In this document: one piece after another, positions 1 through 12,016 of the stretch | Numbering within the stretch: position 1 is the stretch's first letter | How the letters are laid out: each line of letters starts with the position of its first letter | Origin: Magallana gigas | Taxonomy: Eukaryota | Reading direction: 5' to 3' | Assembly: GCF_963853765.1 (NCBI RefSeq) | Contig: NC_088855.1 | Coordinates: 29,760,001 to 29,824,000, forward strand | DNA: 64,000 nucleotides | Made by a program: the position numbers and the translations under genes | The notes under the pieces: model-generated | What the model was told of the DNA's origin: nothing | The model's input: only the letters and a program-made list of their open reading frames with translations | Database searches by the model: none

Positions 1-829
1 TTATTTGCACTCACTTGCAGTATATGACGTCAGAAGTGACGCCATTTCTATAATTCAATCAAAATCAGCCAAAAATTGACATTTTTCTTATCTATTTACG
101 AATGGGAAATATAGAGCGCATGCTTGAACAAGGAAAATTTTTTTGTCACTTATTAGTCTTAGCTAGATACATCTCTGATTAAAATATTTTATTGTTTCAA
201 GAATGCGCTCTATGTTTCCGGAAGAAAAAACTGCTAGAAAACAAGCTGTTTTACGCTAAAAATGCAAAAATGGCGGGAAAAGGTTGTCTTTACAATCTTA
301 TATTTCTAAATTGTGGGCACTTGAAACAAAATGAATATTATGTAAACACGTCACATACATATCTGTACTAGGAAAACAAAGAATGATAGTTAAATGATGA
401 TGTTCATTTTAGGGGGCCATTTTAGGACCTTATTATATATAGTCCTGGCCAGATTCAAAGAGTTACCGGTGGATAATTTTACAGTGTTATTGCACTGTTT
501 AGAGGTTGTTTTATCTCTGGTGTTGTAATTAAAAGGAATATCAATGGAATTGGTAAGGATACAATGCATTATTGATGTAAATTGTTATTAATAATTTACA
601 ATTTGCAACGAGCTTTGATTACACCACAAATGATTCTGGGTCCTGTTTCTTCAAACTTGACTTTTGACGTTTTAACTTTAGTGAATCATTTTAGTCGTTT
701 TAACTTTCAAGCTTAAATTATGTCTATGTCGCTCCAAGTAAACATCTCACCAATACTATTTTTTATCAAAGGTTTTACTTATATCTTTTAAAGAACATTT
801 TGGCGTGTAAAACGTTACTTTATTCGATG

Positions 830-1200
830 ATCTTGCGATGTATAATCAATATCTTGGGATGTAAGTTCTATTTCTTGTAATGTATATTCTACAATCTTGT
901 AATGTTTGTTCGATATCTTGTGATGTATATTTTTTATCTCGTGATGTATATTCTGTACCTTGTAATATCTATTTAAAATCTTGTATTGTATGTTTAAAAT
1001 TTTGTAATGTATGTTCGATAATATTGTGATGTAATTTCAATATATTGTAATGTGTATGGTATATATGTAATTTTCATTTATATATTTCAATCTCTTATGT
1101 TCATGTGTATTTTATATCTTAAAACATACATCACAAGAAATTTAACTTACATCATAAGATTTTGAATATACGTTACAGGAATGTTAAATATAACAATGTT
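830..1200. repeat. Degenerate ~21-bp AT-rich minisatellite with an inverted (foldback) segment
   Basis: Repeated ATCTTGT(G/A)ATGTAT units. 852-884 and 1127-1159 are inverted copies (28/33 identical). Confidence 0.7.
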
Positions 1201-1839
1201 TTACATGCCATAAAAAACAAAACATTGATAAGGTATAGACGTTATTCTGCTGTTTAAACAAAAATTAAAAATACAGTATTGATTTTGATTTGTAAAAAAT
1301 GCATACTTTTCTATGAGAATGATGAAACCTATTTTTCATTCATAAAGTAGAGCTGTCTCTTGTAGTACATATAGATGTTAAAACATCAACGTATCATAGC
1401 ATAGGGATATAAATTTGCATAAAGATATAAACTTTGCAATTACTGTGACAGTAAAATCGTGAAAATTTTAGAGTTACTCTTAAATTTGGCAAGCAAAAAA
1501 AAATAACACAGGTATATATCACAAAAGCTGTTCACCCATATTTGACAGAAAAATAAATTCAAATAAAGAATGATTTTCTTACCTGCTTGTCTACGATTCA
1601 TTTCCTTAATTTTCTCGGAAGCGCCCAAAGCTGTAGACATGAAAACTAATACGACAATTCTATTCATTGTAAGGAACGTAGATTTAACTTGATTCTAGGC
1701 TCTTGTCATTCGTGCTTTGTGTTATCGTTTCGCTATTGTGCAGTCCTTTATATACACCTACTAAACTGTGACGTGATGCTTATGTTGTGATATTAGGTTA
1801 CTTCAATTTGAAATTCATTGTCGTGTAAATTTGAGTTTT

Positions 1840-3341
1840 GATTTTTGTCAAAAATTATTTTTTCCGTTTTTGATGTTTACAATGCTTCAGTAAGCCATTT
1901 ATGATAGTGGGTGTTGCTAAAACGCGAAACGGAAAACGGAACAAAAAGCAATACGGAAAATGTTATATAATGTTATTTACTTCAGAGATGTGTTTAACAC
2001 GCTAAAAACGATATAATTAAAGTAATTTTTTAATATTGCTAAGACTGTTATCCATATTAAAATTAATTCAATGAGAATAATATGTATGATTTTCTCAAAA
2101 CTAAAAATACATGTTTTGACCACTAGAAGTCCCAGTTTATCAAACTAAACAACATATCCAGCTCTCTATTCGGATTAAGTTGCAGGAATGTACAATCACG
2201 AAGGTAAACGTATAAAAACTGTAAAGTACTAGGAATAAGTAATCTAAAACGGTAGAAGATGTAGACAACGAATGCCGATATAAGACGAAAGAAATAAGAA
2301 TTTGCACTAAATCTAGAAAGTTAGTGATCCAATAAAATGATTTTGTTTCGATTAAATGATCTTTAAAATAGCGAGACGAAATGGATAGCTAACAGATGTT
2401 GCAGCAAACCCCGTAACAACGATAATGGATGCTGTTCGCCTGTCATGTTTTTGATATCAGGATTGCTAATAATAAAGTTTTAGAAGCATGGATCACTAAA
2501 AATTTAATGTGGATGAGTGTACATCATGTTTGAATTTTTTTTTCAGAATAAATTTGAAACCCGAAGCAAGTTTCGAAGTCATGAAAAACACATCCAATCG
2601 CTTCAAAAAACTGCCCTACATTTTTACAAAAGGAAAGTCATCAAAAATTTAAAGTTATTTCAATAGCTTATTTAATCACAATGTGTGTACAGTTCATTTC
2701 TCCGTTTCGTACTTTATTAAGCAAATTGAATGATAGACATTCGTAAGAATTATATCAAACAATTAAGCAACCTTTTGAAAATAATCATTCATTAAATATG
2801 TCATTGAATTAATGATACAAAGTACTATAAATAGTTCCAGTCTATACAATATTTAAGCGATAAACGTCATAGTATTTTTTCCGTCTTCCGTTCCGTTCCG
2901 CATTTTAGCAACACCCTATAATAGTCAACCAAAATTTGAGTGCCAGTGGTCGAGTGATACGCGAGATACAGAGCTCAAAATTCTTGGTTTTGTAAACAAA
3001 GTTTTTATCTACAATTTTAATGTTGATAAGAAATTTCCAAGTTAAGACTTAAAATGAATGTGACAAACGCTAGGAACTGTTATTTTATGTTACAACAAAT
3101 TAGAAGATAAAAAGAAATCAGCTTCAAGAAGAGTTTTTACTGGTATATTGACCAAATGTAAACAAAAACAGAGCCTTGTTTGCATAACAAAGAATTGTAA
3201 GCTTTGTATTTTGCTCTTAATTAACTCCACGACTGACACTCAAAATATGATTGATCAATAGAAATACATTTCTTAAGCTTTGTTAACAATAAAAAAAATT
3301 AAAAAGTCAAATTCGATAAAAATCGTGACCATGCCCCTTAA
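1840..3341. mobile_element. 5'-truncated TTAA-ended non-autonomous element (Kolobok-like), interrupted by the 1909-2916 element
   Basis: Right end ...CGTGACCATGCCCC|TTAA at 3337-3341. Family assignment and left extent come from my recollection of common oyster repeats. Confidence 0.45.
1909..2916. mobile_element. Non-autonomous DNA transposon with 26-bp TIRs and 9-bp TSD (Mutator-like)
   Basis: TIR GGGTGTTGCTAAAA(C/T)GCG(A/G)AACGGAA matches 24/26. Flanks TATGATAGT (1900-1908) and TATAATAGT (2917-2925). Confidence 0.8.
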
Positions 3342-6300
3342 GCCAAATCTGCAAAATATGCGACATATAAATTAATATTATATTAATGTGAAACAAAAAA
3401 GGGTAGTCAGATCAATTCTTCGCCTCGGCAAAAGAGCTGAGATCATTAGTTTAGTATGAATCTCAATGTTTAGATATACAATTCTCAGTGAAATTGGGAA
3501 GAAGAACAAAAAAGGTGAAAAATTACCTTTGTCAGCAATTGGACAGAAAATCCTCTTCAATAATGATTTGCTAAGACCTTTGTTTTGTCCAACTAAAAAG
3601 TATAATTCAATTCACGTCCAATCCTACATTGTAAGTCATGAGAAAACTGCTCATTGACCCAAAACTACGACGAATATTCATACAGCATTTATGTCAATCA
3701 TGTATGTTAATTAAACAAAATTGGAGTCATTTTTTTTCAGAAAAGTGTAAGTCAAAACAAAATAAAAAACAACAGGGGAGATATTATTTTTATGATACAG
3801 GCATCGTTGTCTTTTCTCTGTAATGTTGATGAAAGGAATAGATGTGATGTCAGTTTGCAATTCTGTCTGGTATTTCGACTTTTTTTCTTGCCGTTCTCCA
3901 ATAAAAATTATGTAACGCTGCATTGGCTTCAAAAATGAACCGTATCTGGAATCCAGCTTTTAAAGCATCTCTGCTTCTTTACAAAATTGTATCTTTTTAT
4001 TGTGTTCTATTTCATGTTAATAGTAGGGGAAAAGATAGACATATTGAGTCCACTTCTTTACAATGTTTTATCTTAACGATATTTAAAAATAAAAACCAGG
4101 ACCGAGTAGCAAAATTATTAGGGTAGCTTTTGTAGAGATATTAATTCTTTTTTTTAAATTTTTTTTTCCCTAATTTAAAGGCCAACACTGATAAGCCTGA
4201 CCAGCCTTTTGTGGTACAATAGACAATGCAGCTAATATGTGGGTAATTGAGCTAACGTTTTTCACAGATTTCACAAAAAGACTTATATTAAATATGTTTT
4301 GTCGCAACGTTATGCATTTTTTTTTCTTTTAAGCTTAAAAGCAATATAATTAACTAATGAAGAAGTAACAAATTACATTTTTGAATACTTTGTCAAGACA
4401 TAATTATACTGACAACAATCTATGAACAACTTTATTACTGTAACAACATATACAACAACATTAATTAGCATTGTTTAAATTACAGGTACCTCGAAAATGT
4501 ATTCTGCAAAAATAAGGAGGATATGATAACTTCTTTTCAACTGTTGGGTAAGTATATATAATTCGACTATTTTTTGTTAATTTTCAACGTTCTTAGCTGC
4601 GTTTAACGAAAGCACTGACGACAAAGTCGTAAATATTTTCAGTTTCATTGAATGATATTTAACGAAAAAAGCGTAATAAAACCATACTTAAACAACCATT
4701 CTGATGTTTATAATTATATTTTACAGCCATGAGAATAAAACATTGATTAGTTTGTGATTAGTTAGCGTTCATTAATTTAGTCGTAAGTCGTTGCTCGTTC
4801 TTTTGCAAAACGCACAACTGATTGTTGGCATAATGCGCATAAAGTGCATATTCTCAAACAAGTTCACAAAAGTGCATTAAACAACTGATAAATCCCATAC
4901 TACTTTTCAGATACTGTATATCTAAAACTATATTTGTCCGAATGACCAAGATAGAAAGTTACATAAATAGACTCATACATGTTCTCCTTGTACTAGAGGT
5001 TTGATTGGTACTCAAAACTACACCATTTCATCAAGTGCAGGGGAACATTGTTTTTTGCAATCAGAAGAATAATTTTAAAAGTTTTAAGAATTATTTATTT
5101 TATTGACACCTGTTGTTCGGTTTGATTTTGATAGTAAAACTTATAATATGACGCAATATGGTACTGAAAATTTCAGTAAAGTGGCATTTATAAATCTTTA
5201 TAACTGTCTGTATTTGATTGCAAACACCCTCAGACTGGTCATTCTTCCCAACCTGTTCAAGACTGCTTTTGCATTAGATAATGCAAAACGCAATAATTGT
5301 TTTACTTTCTGTTTGATTTTTCAATATGGTTGGAAAAGTTTTTCTTAATATCATATATTTTACCATGTTTATAATAATTTCAAAGAAACGCCTGGCGATC
5401 CGTAATAATTCAAACTGATGTAAGTGAGCCTTGTTGATGGAAACTGTCAAAACAATATTTAATCATTGAAAAAAAAGTGTATTGATTTTACTTGCTTTTA
5501 TGGCATATGCTTTGGTTGATGTCGGTTTTCTTTTCAATCATAAAGTCGTTTGTCTCTGTAGAGTACGGTGAACAAAGATAAATTACACGCGACTTGCGCA
5601 TGCATTATACTAATTTTGATAAGTATTATCAGTGTTAGTCAAATAAAAAATTACAGACATTTACAGTGATAGTAGAAAAGTGCCATGACGCAATGTGTAC
5701 ACAAGCATTGAAAAATATTGTCATTTAGAGTGTAGTCAATATGTTTGTAATGTAAAGATATACAAAGAAGTATTTTAAAACGGCAAAAAGAACACAATGA
5801 ATCTTAATGAGATATTTTTATATCAATTTTTTCGACAAAGTGTGATTTTTAAAGATCGTTAATAATGAACATTTAAACAGAGAATTTTCGCTCGGGTTTA
5901 TCTTCTTTTTCATAATGAAGATGTGTCATGTTGAAATTTTGAATTAACCGGCTGGCATTAGATAAAAATTTACATGACAAAGTTGTCTTGTTGTAAATTC
6001 ATATTTACTAACACCCAGTAAGTTCAAAATTGTCAACAAAAAAGAAGGATTTCATCCTCAGATATAGTTTACATTCTTAAATTAGCCAGAATGGATAAAA
6101 GATTATCAGCCCCCCCCCTCCCCCCCCCGTTATAAATCCCCATAAGAGGTATGTTTTCGATTCGGTCATTTCCTCGAATTAAAAGAACTAGGGGACATGT
6201 CAATTAGGAATTCTTTGACGGATATGTGCATGAGAATTTTTTTTTAAATGATGGAAAATGAAATAAGGGACAACTTCTTTTATGTATAAATTTTCAAATA

Positions 6301-6413
6301 TTTTTATGATCATCAATTTAACACAAAGAAATAAAATTACCTCTTTGCATAATCTTTATTTAATTCTATATAACAGTTCTTTTTGATCACTCAGAAATCC
6401 CAACCGTCAATGA

Positions 6414-8966
6414 TTAACAATTGATATCAGATTTTAACTCAAGAAGTTTAAGAGGAATCAGATTTGAGGTTGTCACATAGGAGATGTCTTTTGTTAAACC
6501 CTGTAGGGTAGAGATGAAGAAAGCTGAGGTCACACCCTGTACAAACTGACGGTACTCTGTTAAATGGGTGTCGTTTGTTGTCTTGCAGAAGTGGGTTACA
6601 TGACACACTGCACAAAACATCAAACAAAAAAAAATTAGAAAATGTTAACAATAATTATCTTCTTGAGCGATATCATCTAAAGTATAGAATGTTTGAAATT
6701 ATACATATGAAAATTGTATACATACTTTCCCACCCCGCTGGATCCAGTATGTCACAGTGTCCAAAATCCTGACAAATCAAAGGCAGACTGTAGTGTTTTT
6801 AAATTTTGATTTCTTTATAATTTGTTTCTTTAATGCAACATAAATTAGGTACCATATTTATATCGAATAAGAATATCTAGATAATACTGCCAGAAAATTA
6901 TAAAATGCTTTCATTCAAAAAGGATGCAGAATATGTCTACTTATACAGTCATATTCTTACAGGAGGTAGAATTTCGGTAAAAGGCGGTTCTTGATACCAA
7001 TCAAAAATCTTCAGCGTTTTTGTCATTGACATGATTTTGAGAACAATGCTTCTGGAAAGATTTTCGATGTCCTTAAAGTGTCCTTTTCTTTTGCAATAGA
7101 AAAGCGGTCTCTAGAGAGTTTACTAGCTAATACATACCGCTACATTCATGACAATTCGAGGACAGGACCAAATATCGTACAACTTGTTGTAGTCAAAACC
7201 AGGAATGGCGCATTTCAATCCCTCCTCGGAGAGCTGTGTTCCGTACATTAAGGCAGGCATGTCATTTTTGATGGGAGAATCAACGTCAGCCGTGAAAGGT
7301 TCCAAAAATGCAGTAGACTGGAAATATAACGAATAATTATCAGTTTCAATTATTTTAAAATATGGCAAAACGTAGACATCATTTTACAGTTTTCACTGAT
7401 ATATATCTTCATGATTTACAAGTAAAAAGAAGCAAGTCCTCAGTTTGGAATAGTGACAGACATTGGTATATTTGGTCAAACGTTGCCAAATAAGAACAGA
7501 TATACGTTAAAATTTCATTGACGCGATGATTTTTTTTCCATCAGGGCATCACAAAATTAATTAAATCAAGTTAAGTACTTTGAATAGATTTCTCTTTTCT
7601 TTAATCATTTTCATGCTGACGTCACATCCTGACGAATGACAAAGCAGCCCTGTTGAGTTGAAGACAGGTGTTGATTCGGTTCTGTTTCTGAAATAGTTTT
7701 CCAACTGAAATAGAATATTTTGGCATTTATTTTGCAGAAGTTGATAGTTTCTCTATTCTGTTATTCTAATGGGTTCTGGTTTTATATTGTTACAATCTTA
7801 CCCAAGTCAGTTGTTTGAAAAATTTGTCAATGTCCTGCTTTCCATATTTTGGTGGTTTGGTGAATTGCATCCTCTCGTCGTAAACGGGAAACTGGTAGTC
7901 CACTCCAAACACGAAGAAACCATGTGAAGCAATGGAGGATAGGACAACCGTGTATAGCTCGGATAGGACGTACGTGTTTAGACCGCCCAGGAAAATCACA
8001 ACTGGATAGTCACCATTTTCCAATGGGAAAAACGCTGAAATGTGATTAAATAATCATTATAATTTGGTTTTTTCAAAATCATAACAGAAAACCATGTCTT
8101 TAATTGTTTGGTTTTTTTTTTTAATTATTTTATGGTTACAAATTTATTAAGTCATTTTTTTTTATTTTGTGTCTTAAATGAATTAACCTTTACTGAATGT
8201 TATATTAGGAAACGTATTCGAATTAATATGATTCGCTGGCATAGACACACATGCAAAGGAAAGGTGTATTTACTTTAAGACAACAAGTGATGATATCATT
8301 AAAAATCAACACGGAATAAATAGAAAAACATTTCTATGACAGTGTTGTTACCTATTGTATGTAGCGGACTCCCAACTATGGTTTCCGACAGTGTAATTTG
8401 ACCGACTTTTAGGAGACCTTGTTTGTACGGATTCCCTTTGTCTACGTAAATACCGCCCACAATAGCACATGCTTAAAAGACAAAACAAATTTAATATGTT
8501 ATCTTCACATTACTGGGGTACATGTAAAAAAAAATTATCACAAGCATTTCAAATGTTATTATACTTTAAACAATATGGAATATGAATGTGTTTATTGCAT
8601 GTAAAGGCCAAAACTTGACGGTCTTTTGGTTAAAATGGTGAACCAATTCTTGTTTTACAAGCCTTAGACATTAATTTTGAAGCTGGTTCGAAAGCCCGAC
8701 ATTAAAATATAGTCATGCAGTGATCATTTGAACACTAGTTTTTATCGTATGCATTTTAACATCAGAAGTAAACATTTTTGTATGAACACGTCGAAAAATA
8801 TAACTGTATGTGTATTGTATTTTGCATCTGTCATGTATGTGTTCAAAGATATCCCCTCTCCTCGATATTAAAAAAGTATGATGTTTTTATATTTGAAACC
8901 AAAACATAAATGGAATAATAATCCCAACTTACTTGCAAATAAGCTTAATATCACGTCACGTTTCAT
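6414..8966 (-). CDS. Secreted chlorophyllase-like alpha/beta hydrolase, 7 exons, 309 aa
   Basis: Exons 8966-8933, 8471-8352, 8034-7802, 7704-7579, 7317-7138, 6768-6726 and 6607-6414 total 930 nt, all GT-AG and phase-consistent. Signal-peptide-like start MKRDVILSLFATCAIVGG. Motifs YPVVIFLGG, IASHGF, CHSSG, FLEPF, LMYGTQL..CAIPG, DFGHCDILD and RQFVQGVTSAFF are collinear with plant chlorophyllase motifs (YPV, IASHGF, GHSRGG, DPV, YGHxDxLD) as I recall them. Confidence 0.85.
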
Positions 8967-9546
8967 CTTCTTCAGCTTATTAAATCGACATGTATGGTAT
9001 TTACGATAATATAAATACTTGTAAATGTAAATAAACAACAACCCAGACGGTCACGAGTGCTCGATTGATAACGTTGACCTGTATTAAATACCTGTATGTA
9101 TTAACTATTTATCGAGGATCTATTTAATTATGGGGTCAATTTGATAATCCATTTCCATTTATATTTAAGGTAAATGTATCAGTGAACCCCATGATGTGCA
9201 AAGACGAAAGATGTTGGTTCCTGTTATATGGACAAGAATCCAATTTGATCGTTTCAATTGTAATGAAATCATACAGTATCATATCACAAACCGAATATTT
9301 TTACACCTTGTTTTACCTAGAGGTTATCTGTATTTTGCCCAATCATGTATAGCTGCAGATCTGCACCTATATAGAAAGTCGTGTCTACAGACCGTGGCTC
9401 TCTCCGTTAAGATAAAATATTGTACCGCTCCGCAAAATGATCTGAATGACATACGCATTTACCATATTGACAGTATACAATGTACATGAAGCTACACATA
9501 CATGTAACACATTAAAAATATTCCCTTTTTAATCATTTTTTTATTT

Positions 9547-10593
9547 TTACAAATGTTCATAGTGTACAAGCTCTGTTGCGAACGCTTTGAAGCCGGCAAA
9601 GGTTTCCTCTCCGGCGGGGATGATGTAGGAGGTAGGGGCAACGAATCCGTGTAGGCCGGTGTCTCTTAGCTCCACAGTGTAAGAATACTTCACTCCGCAT
9701 GCGCCCTTGGCATAATCGTCAGCTCCTCCGGCTGCAGCATCTGGAAAATTTAATGACGTCATCATTTCAAAGCATCAATCCCATCTAGCATAGGTAGGAA
9801 TGCTATATAGTGATTAATTTTATTTTTTTAAAGACATTTGAATTATGTTTGAAATGCATACATGATCAGCAGACCCTTTTATTTATCAAGGAGATTTTTG
9901 TAGAAATAATTCTATACGAGTTATCTCGCTTGTTGGAGAGGCGTTATACCTTAAGGAGTGAAAAAAAAAAGATTGGATCCAACAGCAATTGATATGCGAT
10001 TGGTGTTTAATTACTCTAGGTATAGGACTTTAAACAACCCTAGATAACTCTTAACTATTCTATTAATATTTAGAAAGGTTACATACACAGGACCCGGGTG
10101 TCCTCCCCTACAGTAAATGTCCTCCCGTGTGTGTGACGAATTGCAGTTGCTGCAGATCGGCCCAGATGATCCTTTAAAGTAAAAAAAGCTTCACTTCAAA
10201 ATACAAGCTACTGTACACAAAAGACAATTGTTTTGTTATCATTAGAAACACGTTTCTTGATAAAATTTCGACGGATCAAAAAAATAAAAATTAGATGGTT
10301 CATTTTTTAAAATTTCGTTCATATGAGTTAATTTCAAAATGTTATCAATAATGGCCATCTCACCAAGTCCCTGTAATCGGCGGGTAAGATTGGGGTGTAG
10401 CCCCAGGGATAGATCCAGTATTGTCCGTATGTGTGCACGTTCAGGTAGGCGATCAGGTTGCTATGGCTGCACAGGAAGTTCTGAAGATGTTTGGTCTCTA
10501 TTTCTGACGTGGCGTGAGTTCCTGCGTGGACCTCTTCACATGGATTACGGCTTCCGCCATTGTCTGTGGAAAGTGAGTGAAAGCTGGATTTTC

Positions 10594-10656
<63 letters not shown>

Positions 10657-11982
10657 CTGTCCTATAGGCAGCTACATAATGTACTTGCATGCACTTATTT
10701 TTATGATAGTTCAGACAAAGAATTTTTGTTGCGAGAAATGAGCGCAAATCAATGCACCGTTTTGGTTGAAGTTGAAAATCTTGCTAAACTAGACAATTAA
10801 CATATTTATATAGCAATTTCTATCTAACGGGAAATAAATCTTTTAAGTACAGTTTGTAATGATATCATTTGCACCAAAAAGGCATAGAGAGTTGATTTTA
10901 CCAGGGTTCCAGTGATAAGCAAAGTTCCTGTTGAGGTCTACACCATGGCAGCCACTGATTACAGGCCGTCTGTTCTTTCTCCACATTCTGTCCTATAAAT
11001 ATATAAACCAAGGCCGTAACCTTCAGGGCATATGCTGAAGTATATACATTATCACATTTTCGGGCATTGTTTTAAAAGCTTTTATCAGATGCACTCTGAT
11101 TTTTTTTACAAATTCATCTTGAAGTTCATTTTCTCTTAAGTCTTAAAATAGATGACTTTAAAGAACCGTTGAGAGTCATAGCAAGAGTTTATGCGTGAAG
11201 AGAGGGTAAAAGCTTTTTTCTTCAATTAATGAAGGCACCAGTATTTGCGGTATATATCTTACGTGGCTTCGACTGTATTCGTAACCATCGGGGTTTACCA
11301 CAGGAGCAAAGTAGAAATCGAACTTTCCGAGGAGAGCGTCGATTGTTCTGTCTTGACTGGGATTGTTGGCAATCTGGAAAAGAGCATGTTAATAATCAGT
11401 GAGAGGAAACACCGTTTATGCAATGACCAAGTCCAAACACACAGAACCAAAACAAAATTGCAACAGGGCAAAAGCTTTTCTTAACACATACATTGTCAAT
11501 ATTAATTGTATATTTAATTTATTGCTGATTTAATTATTGTAGTGCAGGTGTAGAAAATGCAAAAAGCTACCTTCTACAAGACAAAACTGCATCCAAATTT
11601 GATTTTATGTACATATATTTGAGGAAATACTTTGGGCATAAAAAAGCAAGTAAATACTCTTAATAACTGGACTATTTTAAAACTAAAAGTGACCTATCGA
11701 TGCAAAAATAGAAGAAGCTTTGTTGACCTGATCAATAAAGTAGAGGACTGTGGTAACTGCCAGCCATTCCCTGGCGTGGATTCCCCCATCAGCGTAGATG
11801 GCCTTCTTGTTGGCGCCGAGGTTGTTGCTGATCTACAGTAAAAGGACTGTATCCATCGAAAGAAATCTTTTGGTAAATACGTTAATTGACTGTATCATTC
11901 GAATAAATCATTTGGTATATACATGTACGTTAATTAAGCATTGAATCATTATTTTTTGTAAAGATGTGGTCTCATAACTGCA

Positions 11983-12016
<34 letters not shown>

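Noticed and set aside
1-450. Probable end of a repetitive DNA element at the window start
   Set aside because: It looks familiar, but only one end is visible and no TIR or TSD can be shown.
6960-7100. Open frame ending at a GTAAG donor inside chlorophyllase intron 5
   Set aside because: No convincing acceptor; the flanking exons already join in frame and give the expected spacing to the catalytic His.
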